From contig NZ_CP107255.1 in the NCBI RefSeq assembly GCF_029232205.1, positions 270,001-302,000 on the forward strand: 32,000 nt of DNA, written 5' to 3'. The notes under the pieces were generated by a model, which was given only the letters and a program-made list of their open reading frames with translations, searched no databases and had not been told where the DNA came from. This document shows positions 1 through 11,700 of the stretch, in pieces. Every line of letters starts with the position of its first letter. Within the stretch, counting starts at the first letter, position 1. The DNA is from Candidatus Saccharimonadota bacterium (lineage in GTDB: Archaea; Nanohalarchaeota; Nanosalinia; Nanosalinales; Nanosalinaceae). The translations under genes and the position numbers were made by a program.

Positions 1-2700
1 TTGATGTCTGTTATGTCTGCTTTAACTGTTACTGTGCTTCCTGGCGCTACTGGTGTTGATGGACTTGCTCTTACATTGGTTATACTTGGTGCTGTGTTGT
101 CAATCTTGAACTTCATGGTTTTTGTGTTGGTATTCCCTAGATCATCTTGGGCCTCTACTGTGATCTGGTAGTTTCCGTCTGCTTCGGTTGTTGTGTCTAG
201 GACTGCTCCGTATGAGGATCCTCCGTTTGTTCCTAGGTCGGTCCATGAAACAATAGTATCTGTTACAGTACCATCGCTATCGAGTTCCTCTATCTTGTAG
301 TCATAGGTTGTTGGATCTCCGTTTTCCAGAAGATCGTAAATTGTCTCGTTGAAGCTTGTCTGGCCCTGCACGTTTCCTGTTTTGATATTTCTGGCATCTA
401 CTGTTAGCTGGCCTGGGTTTTCTGTCAAGTCAATATTTCTGATCTGGTACAGGCCTGAGTATTTCTCGATTTCGCTTGCTGTCTCTTCAAATTCTCCTGG
501 ATCATTGATTGTTCCTGCTGAAGTGTCGCCATCCAGGTAACCTATTTGCAGGCTTCCCGGCTGTGCATCTGGGGTTGTTCCATCAAAGTTACCGTCTTTC
601 CACTGTGTCTCTGTTGTGAGGTTTTCAAGCAGGCCTCCCTGAGCTCCGTTGAGTTGTAGCGAGTCTAGTACTGGTGTGGAAGTTACCTGGTCTGTTGCGA
701 GTTTGACGGAAATTGTTGCTGTTGTACCGTCAAGGTCTGAAAGGTCTGCAGTCGTTACTCCTGATTTTCTGAGGTTTACTATAATAGTATCTCCTGTATC
801 TGTCTCTACTTTAACCCATGCCTGGTTGTAGATATTTTCTTCGTATGTTATCTCAGGAGGAGTGTTGTCAAACTGTGGTGTTACCTTTACAGTATTTCTA
901 TTTCCGGCCTTGTCCTCAGCAACCACATACACATCATGGTTTCCATCCTCAAAGTTCGTTGTATCAACATCTGCCGTCCAAGGCCCTCCACCTGTCAGCG
1001 ATCCTGACGTGTTTGTTCCATCTGCCTTTGTGATCTTGTACTCTGGGGAATTGGTATCTAGGTGGCTGTCGCTGATGCTTGCATCAATAGTGATTGTTCC
1101 TGTTACAGGGCTGCTTGGAGGCTGATTAATTGTGATACTTGGCTTTGTATCATCTGTATCTACCTGAACTGTCTGGTAGTTAATGTTGCCGAGTGTGTCA
1201 TTTGCGAATACCGCGAACTCCTGTGTCTGATTGACCTGTACATCACAGCTCCCGCTGAACTGAGAGTTGTCACAGTAGATCTCTCCTGTTGCTCCCGTCT
1301 TTGACCACACGTAGTTGTTGTTATCTTGGTCTGGGTCGTGATATCCTATCCAGTGTTGTCCACTGAACTGGCCTGTTATCAGGTCGTTTTCCTCTTGGTT
1401 CTCAATTGTTGCTAGATGATCTCCATTTGACTGGCAAGTATCTCTGGCATTTGGCCAGGTCATGTCGGAGGATGTGTTGTAGTATGTGCCATTATCTCTC
1501 TCACAGATTGCGGCCTCAGTTTCGCCTGTAGGATAATCATGCCAGACTCCTCCGCTTGATGTCAGCATCTTGACATAAGGTTGATCTCCTGCATCAGGCT
1601 GGCCGCTATCCCAGTTTTTGTAGTAGGAGGTGACTACTGTCTGGTCTAGGTGGCCTTCTCCGTCGTTGATGCTGCTTGAGATTGTTACTGTGTCGTTTGT
1701 GTTTACTACTGTGTCATTTGCTGATGTGCTTGTGACTGATGGAGGTGTTGCGTCTACTTCTACGGTTATTGTTCGGCTATCATTGAGGTTGCCGGCGTTG
1801 TCTCTGGCCCAGAATCTGTACATGTAGGATCCTGTGCTTCCTGGTGTGTTGACTGTACATTGGTTGAGGTCGGTTCCTGCATCGTTGAAAGTTGAGTTTC
1901 CACATACTGTGCTGCTATCTCTGAGCAGTTTTGTTGCGTATAGGCCACTTTCTAGATCTCTTGTTATGGCTGAGAAGTTGACTGGCTGGTTTGCTGCTGT
2001 TAGTGTTGTGTTTGCGTTTGTCTGTTCTACTATAGGGTTGTTTAGGTCGATTTTGTAGTCTCTTGTGATTTCTGCGTTGTGGCCGCTTTTTTCTGTTACT
2101 GTTACGTTGAAGGAGTTGTCTCCGCCTGCTGTTACTGTTGTTTGCCATTTATCTACTGTTGAGTTGTAGCTTAGTGGGTAGTCTGTTCCGTCTAATACTA
2201 CTTTTGCGTCTGATACTATTTCTTGTTCAGTTATTCCTGCTCCTGGATTAATTGATTCATTTGTGTTTGTTAGGGTGACGTTTACCTGGAAGTTTGCTCC
2301 GTTCTGGAAGTATCTTTCGCTTGGATATTCTACTGTTGCGATTCCTACTTTGTCTGGATCTAGGACTGTGTTTATCTGTAGTGATTTGTTTGTTAGTCCT
2401 GCATCGTCTTCTGCGAAGATTCTGTATGATCCGTCTGAGGCCAGGCTGTAAGCGTCTGAGGTGAATGTTCTCCAGTTTTCTGATGATCCTGCCTGTGTTG
2501 TAGACATTGCTTCTATACTGGTGTTTGTGGCGCCTGTCTGGTTGTATAGGGTAACCTGTGTCAGGTCTCCGTTTTCGTCTCTTACTTCTGCGCTGAACTC
2601 AACATCTGTTCCATCTGTGCTGACTATTACCTGTCTGCTTGATGTCTGGACATCTAGACTTAGTGGATCTCCCAGAGCGTTTCTAATTTCTGGGGTTACA
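1..2700 (-). other. Array of Ig-like beta-sandwich domains with recurrent A-x-D-x-A/L-G-N and D-x-T-x-P boundary signatures (contains the lectin-like insert listed next)
   Basis: Recurrent signatures: IFAEDDAGLTNKS; FWARDNAGNLNDSRTITVEVDATPPSV; VFANDTLGNINYQTVQVDTDDTKPSI; VVAEDKAGNRNTVKVTPQFDNTPPEI; VEAQDDLGNTNTKTMKFKIDNTAPSI. This is a common domain-end pattern of bacterial and archaeal surface Ig-like domains. Confidence 0.55.
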
Positions 2701-5700
2701 TTGGTCTGTCTGTAGTCAGGACATATCTCTGGTTCTTCGTAGGTGTCGTCTTCTTCGCCGTCGAAGTCACATCCCCCTGCATAATCATTTGGATAAACAG
2801 AGTGGTTTGCGTAGTATGCTTTGTTTGCCTCGTATTCTGGGTGTGAGGTGTTTCTGAAGTGATCGTAGTTTGAGGTGTTTGTTACAGGGTTGAAGTCTGG
2901 ATCTGAGGCCGCATCCACACTCGAATCTGCTGTTTCGTTCAACCAGTACTGCTCTGGTAGGTTGTCGAATCCACAGTCAGATGGTGCCACGAGCACGTTC
3001 TCTCCTTTACTTGGTTCACATTCTCCGTTTATGTCTACATCTCCATCCCCACTACCTACATCCCTGTAAACTGTAAATTCTCTTGATGTGGTGTTGAGAG
3101 GGAATGTTGCCTCGTAGTCGCCGTCCTGGCTTGTGGCCCAAATTTTGATAGTGTAATTCTTTCCGTATTCTTCATTTGAGAAGTTTATCTGGAATTGGGC
3201 CTCAGAGTCATCTCTGTATTCGTATTCTTCCTGCATCATGTCTTTGTTCTGTGAGTCTGTACAGTTGAGGCAGCTTGCGTGGTACTGGCCGTTGAAGCCG
3301 TTTGGTAGGCCTTGTGATGTGTTGAATTCTTTGAAGAATGCTGATACGTTCAGTAGGTCGTTGTCGTCGGTTCCTACTGGGTTCTGTGTTGGGCTGTCCC
3401 ATTCTGCTTCTATTCTTGCTCGGATGTCGTGTCTTTGTTTTACGATGTTTCCTCTTGGGCCTTCGTATTGTCCGTTGAGGTATCCTGGGCTCATTGACCA
3501 TTGGTCGAATGCTGCTGAGCAGTCTAGGAATCCTGTTCTGTATGAGTTTCTTGTGGAGTCGAAGTATTGTTTCTCTACTCCGATTGTTATGAAGTCGTCT
3601 CCTCCTAGGTTGTATCCGTTGCTTGATGGGTTGCCTGGTACTATCCATGTTTCAAGTTTGTTTCTTCCTCCGTGTGCTACTGCGTCGTCCCAGTTGATTA
3701 CTTCTCCTCCGTTTCTTTCTCCGCTGATTCCTCCTCCTTGGCATCCATCTTCGTCTAGGCTCCAGTAGATTCCGTCGAGTTCTGATTCTGTTAGCTGGTT
3801 GCCGTTCATGTCCTGTACTTTGGCTTTCATTGTGAAGTTGTCCATCTGGAAATCGTCTCTTCCGTCTACTGGTTCTTCTATTGTTACGTTGAGGGTTCCT
3901 CGTACTTCTATTGGGATTTCTGTAACTGGGTCTGGTTCGTAGCTGTCCTGTGGGTGGGATGCGTTGATTGTCAGGTTGTAGCTTCCTACTGGGAAGTTTC
4001 CTCTTGGATTCCATTCTGTGTGGGCCAGGTATTCGTCCCACCACTGGTTATCGTTGTCGTTCTGTGCGTTTTCGTATTCTTCTAGATCTACTTCTGCTGT
4101 TGCGATCTCTTCAGATATCTGGCTTCCGTCTGCGCTTGTTCCTGTTATCCAGAAGTGTACTGTTGAGTTTCCTACCTCATATTTTTGCTGTGATCCTTGG
4201 AATGGTGTTGTCACGTTGGCTGCGAGGTACATTGTTTCTGGGTGCTGCCATGGGCCTCCGTTACGGTATACTACGTATTTGTCAAGGTTCTGGTAGGTGT
4301 TGCCTCTTGAGTCTCTTTCCTGATTGTCTCTGTAGTATGCTGAGATGTTTAGGACGTCTGGGATTATCTGTGTCTCATTTACTTCGTTTGGTGAAACTGT
4401 TTCGAAGAAGTCGTCCATGTCGTTGTTGATTATTACTCCTGTCTCGTATGCTCCTGTGTCATATCCTGTGGTATCCCAGAGGTATGAGGCCTCTCCGCTT
4501 GAATCTGTCTGTACGTAGTGCTTGTTGCTGAGGTTTCCTATCCAGAACGTTACGTTGAATCCGGATTTATTGCTCAGTCCTGGGATGTCGATGGTTGTGT
4601 TCAGGTATTTTGTGCTGTCTGGTTCTGCGTATAGGCTTGGGGAGTAGTCTGCAATGCTTACTTTTCTTTTCGCGGTGGTATCTAGTACTCCTATGTCATC
4701 CTGGATGTACTGGTTTTGGGCTACTACGGTGATGTTTCCGTATCCGTATGCGTAGCTTGGGACAATCCATGAGCTTGATTTTGAAGAGCTTATTACTGTT
4801 AGTTCTGTGTCGTTATCCTGGTATCTCCAGGTGTAGCCGATGTCGAGGTTTCCTGCAGATCCTGTTGCTGTTGTGATGCTTGCTCGAAGCGTCTTTTCTT
4901 CGTTGTAGAATAATTCTCCTGTTGGAGGTTCTTCTATCGTTACGTTGGCCTCATCTTTCAGCACAAAGTTTTCTGAGTCATTCTCATTTAGAATTCTTGT
5001 ATCAATGTTGGTCTTGTTTTCGAGCTGGGCTGTTACTGAGTAGTCTCCTGGATTGTAGTTGCTGTCAAGTGTTACTGTGGCCGAGGCCTTTCCTTCTGAG
5101 TCTGTGTCCTTTTCTGCTACTTTGTTCCCGTTGATGTAAAATGTTACGTTGAAGTCTGTCCATGTTTCGTTGATGGTGGATTGGTAGGCCTCTTTGTTGT
5201 CTCCTGTGATTATCTGGCCTGAAAGGTTGTACTGGTAGTCTCCATCGTATGTTCTTACCTTGTCTGCTCCGCCTTCGGTCAGGTTCATCTTGATTACTCT
5301 GTCGATGACAATTGTGTTGATGTCTGAGGCCTGTGAGTAGTATGGATTTTCTACGTCAACTGTCAGGTCTGTGTCACTGGTAAAGTATTCTGGAATTGTC
5401 CATGATCCTGTTTCTCCTGAGTTAATTGTTTTTGTGGTGTCTGCGTCTTCTGCTGTCCAGATGATGTCTGATCCTGGGATGTTTCCTGCGTTTCCACAGC
5501 TGTCTGAAACATTTACGTCGAGGTTTACGTTATCTCCCTGCCTGTAACTTGTTCCACTGGTTGAACTGTTTAGTGGAGATGTAATATTGACACTGGCCTG
5601 TCCGTGAACCTCAATAGTGGAGGAGTCCTGTGTTTCATACAGATCGTACAGCTGGCTGTCAAGCGATGCGTTCACATCTACAGTGTATTCTCCAGGTGTA

Positions 5701-8700
5701 TCTTCACAGACTGTGTTCCAGTTGTAAGTTGCTTCTCCGCTGCTTCCCTCTACTGTATCTTCTGTAAGGCCTTCTATCTGGTATGTGGCATTGAAGTTGT
5801 TCTGCGAGATCTTCGATCCTGATGGATCCTGTAGCTCTGTTGTCAGATCTCCGCTGTTTGTTCTCTGGATTACTTTCCCATCTGAGATGAATTCAGGCCT
5901 TACTACATCTTTCACTAGGAAGTTGTTTGTTCCTGTTGCTGCATCATTGTAACCTGTTTTTGATACTGTTGCTGTCCATTGCTGCTGGCCTACGTTGATC
6001 AGGATGTTTGGATCGTAGTTACATGTGTATGTTCCTGTGTTTTCTGTTGTTGAGCATGTGTTTTCCGTAGGGGTTGAGTAGGAGACTGTTGCTCCGTCGA
6101 CTGTTTCTCCCAGCATGTTTGTCAGGTTTAGGCTTAGGTCTGTGGTTAGAGGGTATCCGTTGTTTCTTGTGACGGAGTTGTTTTCGTAGACACTTGCTGT
6201 TGGTAGAGAGGTTATGTTGAGTGTTCCTTTGACTTCTTTCTGGTATGTGTTGTTGAAGTCTCTGTAACCTGATTTCTCTAGTACTACTCTTACGCTGTTT
6301 GATCCTATGGAGGCCTCGTCTGGTATGTCGAAGCTTCCTGTGAATCCTTCTGAATTTGCTGTGCCTGTGTCCTTGGTATCTCCGTTCCATTTGAGTGTGT
6401 AGGATACGCTGTCTACTGCGTTCTTTCCATCTGTAATGTTAGAGATGTTGTAGTCAAGTTCTGTATCTCCGCTGGACTCATTGTATCTGTAAACTGGTGA
6501 GTCTGTGAGATTGATGTCTGCCTGAAGATTTCCGTTCACATTGAATGTGTCGTTTGATTTAATCTGGTGTACGTATCCTGATTTATTCACTGAGACATTC
6601 CAAGTGTATTCTCCGGCGTCCAGGCTGTTTGATGGGTTGAATGTACAGTTGTATACGTTAAGTGTCTGTGATTCTGTTTCGCATGTTCCTGCCGGAGTGT
6701 TGAAGTTAACGGTTGCTGAGGTGATGTTCTCTCCAAGTCTGTTTGTAACTTCTGCAACGAGTGTTATGTTATCGTCTTGCCTGTATACTGTTTCAGATTG
6801 GCTTGCTACTGATGTGTTAATGCTTCCTTTGACTTCAAGATCTTCGGTGTATGTGAAATCTGTGTAGTCTCCTTTCTGCAGTGTTATTTCCGCAGTGTGG
6901 TTGCCAAGTGTTTCGTCGTCAGGAACATCGAAGCTATCATTTGTACCATCAGAATCTACCTGGGCCTGTCTCTGCTGCTGTCCATCCCAGTCTATGGAGA
7001 ATGTTACATCGTTCAGCGAGTTGTTACCATCGTTAATGTTGTATACTGAGTATTCTACCGTGTTTTGGCCTGTATCATTGTTGTATCTTAGGAGAGGCCC
7101 GTTTACAATGTCGCTTGTTGCCTCTATAGGTGTTCTGACCTTGATGCTTCCGTTCTCATTTTCGTTGTATTCGAAGTAAGGCTTTGATACATCTATGCTC
7201 CAGTTGTAATCTCCTGCGCTAAGCGAGTCTGACGGATCAAATTCACAGGTGTATTCGTTTCCGTCTTCGTAGTTATTCTGGCAGAATCCTGAAGGTGTGT
7301 CGAATGTGACATCTGCAGTTATGTTGCTTCCTGTACTGTCTTTCAGCGTAGCTGTTAGGTTTATTGTATCATTCTGCGCATATACTACGTCACCTGATGT
7401 GAGAGCTCCATCTACTAGGCCATATACATCTACTGTTCTGGTAACTTTCTTTTCGTGGAAGTAAGGTTCGGTGAGTGTGACGTTGAGGTATCTTGGGCCT
7501 ACTTCTGCGCTTTCCTGCACGCTGTAGTCGCTGCTTACTTCGCTGGTGCTTGTTCCTGAGTTAATTCCTTCGAACTGTCCGAAGTCGACTGTGAAGTCTA
7601 CCGGTTGTTCTGTCCCGAATTGATCTTGAATGTTGCTGAAGTTGTATGTGAACGTATTCTGCGGATGATTTGTAGGCCTGTAGGCCTTATCTGGTACTGT
7701 GGTGCTTCCTACAGTTAGTTCTCCCATTAGTGTGAAATTGATGTTTTGACTGGTGTTGGCCTTGTAGTAGTCGTTTCCAGTCATTCTGATACTCCAGTTA
7801 TGGTCGCCTACAGAGTAGTTGAAACTGCTTAGTGTGTAGTTACAGTAGCCGCTGTTTGGAGTTGTGATTGCTCCGCTGTCGATCATTGATCCATCTATTC
7901 TGAACCGGCAGTAGGCCTCATTGGTATCCAGGCTTTCATTGTCTACGAGGTCTTTTACTTCTACTCCGAAGTCGGCTTCTTCCTCTGTCCTGTTGATTTT
8001 CAGATCTCTTCCCTGGCTGTAGATCAGGCCTACATTGTGTTTTTCTACTGTGAAGAATTTTTCTGAGCTGTTTGTTTCACCGTGGATTGCCTGTCCATCG
8101 TTGTAGACATCCTGGTACTCTACCTTGTATCTGATATCGCCTGTCCAGTTCTTGTAGGACTGTAGTTTGAAACTGATGTTTCCGGTTCCTGTTTTCTCTT
8201 GAGTCTTGATCCACTGGGCAGGGGTTTTGGCCCAGATTGATGCGTTGATTTGATCGTTTTCGTTATCTGAGAATGAAGTATTTATTGTGAAGTTTTCTCC
8301 CCAGTATCCCTGATCTGGTGTGTTGCTGAAGCTCTCTAGTACTGGTGCTGCGTTAGTTTTTCCTCCTACTCTGTAAATTGTTTCGTTGTGTTCTGAGTAT
8401 GTTGTTCCTACTTCTTCCTGCGTTACCTTGATGCTGTCAATTTTGCCGTTGCTGTTTTCATCTGATTTACATATCTGGAATGTTGCACCTTCCGCAGTGA
8501 TCTGCTCTTTCGAGCTGCATCCTGTGCTTGACGGAGTGATATCTGTGTATGTTCCATCCTGATCCCAGTCAACTTCGATGAATACGTTGTCTGTTATCTT
8601 GCTTTCATTGACTGCAATTGTTGTTGTGACATTTCTGAATGTTGCTGATGTTTTAGAAGTGTTTCTGAACACTGTCACGTTCTGGTATGATGGTGATCCT

Positions 8701-11700
8701 CTGCTGAAGTTTGATTTAGTCTGGACTACTGGTGTTGCGTTCATTCCTTCTTCGTACCAGATGTAGTCATCTGATCTGATTGGTGTATCTGGGTCTAGGA
8801 TGTATGCTAGGTCTCCTGGCAGAGGAAGGTATGGCGCGCTTATAGAGTACTTTCTACCGTTGAATACTACTTCCTGTGATCCTTCTGTTGAGAGAGTATC
8901 TGGAAGGTAAAGGCTTTCTACTCTTACTGGTACTGCAGGATTGCTGCTGTATGCTACCTGCAGTGCATTGAACATGATGTCTTGGCCTGTTGAAATGCCT
9001 GTTCTCTGGGCCCACTTTGTCACGTCTTCCTGCAGTGTGTACGTATCTGAGAAGTTGTATTCGTATTCTACTCTTGGTTCTGAGACTTCTACTCTTCCGC
9101 CGCTGTCGGATCCAAAGACAATGTCTATTGTACATGTCAAGTTGCTACACTGGCCGAGTTCATCGTTGAATTCGTCTGTGAAGTTGCTGCCTGTAAGGGT
9201 TGTTTCTCCGAAGAAGAGGCCTGTTTCTGAGTATTCGTTGTCTCCGTCGTTTCCTATGTTTACTGTCAGGTTTTCTGGTACTGAGAATAGGTTGATTATG
9301 TCGTTTTCTGAGGTTGTGACTCCTACTTCTTTTCCTGCTACTCTTCCGATCTCTCCTTTACTGAGTTCCTGGATTTGCGAGCTGTATTCGTATGTGTTGA
9401 TTGGTGTGCCATCAGGCTCCATAAGGAGTACTGTTCCATTCCTGAAACCTGCCAGAATGCTGCTTTCTGAGGCCTTCGTAATGTTTCCTGATTCAAGGCT
9501 TTCTACTTTGGAGCTGTAGCTTTTCTCCCAGATCTGTGTGCCGTCTGAGTCGATTGCAATTATTCTCTGGTCTTCTGTTCCTCCGATGATTTCTTTTCCT
9601 GTGCTTCCTCCGCTTACCTGTGTTGTTGTCAGTGATCTGAACCATGTGTCGCCTGTCGGAGGATATCTTTCGATCTGTGTTCCGGAAGAGTCAAGGATTG
9701 CAATCTTGTTCCTTGTTCCTACTACAATTTCGTTTCCTGTTGTCCCGCTTGATGTATCTCCGATTTCAACATCGGTTATCTCGCTGCCTGCAGTGTAATT
9801 CCAGATCTCGGATCCTGTACTGTTTAGTGCTCTTACTGTTCCACCGAACTTGGAAACAACTATTTCATCTCCTCTGTTGGATCCGAAGACGTCTGTTCTT
9901 AGCAGTAGGCCTTCGGAAAGTTTTTGACCCTGTGTGTATGTCGCCGTGCTTGAGCTTGAGTCAAGTAGCAGGTTGTAGCTGTCTGAGCAGCTTTCACAGT
10001 AATATGTAATGTTCTCGTTTTCGTTCAGGTCCTGACCGTCTACCTCTGTCCTTACCCATGTGTATTCGAGGCTGGTATTGGTCCATGTTCTTGCGGCAGA
10101 TCCTGTTCTTCTTTCGTAAGTGTAGTTCTCTGTCTTTACTTCTGAGGTCAGCCCTGAGTTCGTTGAGGTGCCGATGAAGGCGTTTGCCCCTGAGTCTGTG
10201 CTAAGTTCTACAGTGGAATCTGAGTTTAGATCTGATCCACTAACTTCTGTCTTTACCATCGAATAATTGACAGGTATCTGAGTGATTTTCCTCATGAGGC
10301 CTGTTTGATTATCTTCGATCAGATTGTAGCCTGTCGTACATGAGTCACATGTTACTGATAGCGGATTCTGGCCTAGTTCATCTGATGGTAGTTCTGTACC
10401 AGCCCAGTTGTATTCTGTAGATGTATTAGTCCAGACCTGCACCATGTAGTCTCCTGATGTTAGATTGCCTTGGTAGTATGAGTGGCCTGTCGTGCTGGAG
10501 TCCTTTATGAGGTTGAATGAACTGTCTGTAGCACAGGATTCACAGTTGTACGTAACGTTTCTTCCCTGGGCAATATCTGATTTGTTGACTTCTGTCTCTA
10601 CCCAGTCAAAGTCCAGCGATGAATCTGTGCTTACGTTGATCATGTAGTCAAATGGAAGTGGTTCGAGGGCATCGTCTGTAAGTATTTCGGAGTTACCTGA
10701 GGTGGAGTTGTCTCCAAACATTTCGTAGTAGCTACTGCTGTTACAGTTAGAACATTCGTAGAATATTACGTCGTTGTTCAGTGAAGACGTGTCAATTTGA
10801 GTGGAAACCCACTCTCCGCCAGTAGTATTTCCAGTAGTGTTACAGGAAGGTATCTTGCTAGTGTTAATCTGCTTGTTTACGTTTGTACCTGGACCTCCTA
10901 GCTGCAGGTCATAGGAAGCATTTCCTACCGAACACATTTTTGCTGAAACTGTTGCTTCCTGGGCCTGTAGACTTTCGACGTCGAGAGCGGTAAGATCAAA
11001 GTAAGGATCAGGATTTCCGCCTCCATTACATCCAATACATGTTGAGTTGTCGGCCTCTCCGTCATTGATAGATCTTACTACTGTGCTTGTCTCCTGGATC
11101 TCATCTGTGCTGATATTGTATCTATTTCCATTTATGACGAAGTATGGCTGAGATCCTTTCGATCCTTCATAGTTCAATGCTGTTCTGAGGTATACTTTCT
11201 CGGCCTCTATATCGGAAGGGATATTGTAGAATAGGTTGAATGTCGCCTGATTCTGTATGTCTGTCAGGTTTTCACCTGCTCCATCTTCTGCACTGTAGAT
11301 TTCCTTGGCTGTTTCGGTTACTTGCCCTGAGTCAATAGGGTAGGTTGTGCCATTCAACTCGAACTCTAGATCAGAAATCTCTCCACCGATACTGTTGAGT
11401 GCAACTGAGACATACGTGCTGGCATTATCCTGAATAGTAGTATTAACTGGAATCTGATTGTCAGAGACAGGCACTACAGATTCTCCATCTGAACTTGACC
11501 TGTTTACATTTTCACTAGTGGTACTGCTAACTTCTGAAAGATTTACATTGTAGGTGTTTCCATTCAGTTCTATCTGTGCAAGGCCTTCGGCTCCAGGTTC
11601 CTTTGCAAGAGGCAGTTCCAAGTAGTACTTCTCGGCTGAGAAACCTGGTTGCTCGACTTCCATAGTGAGATTTCTTCCATCGAATCGGGCCATACCATCT

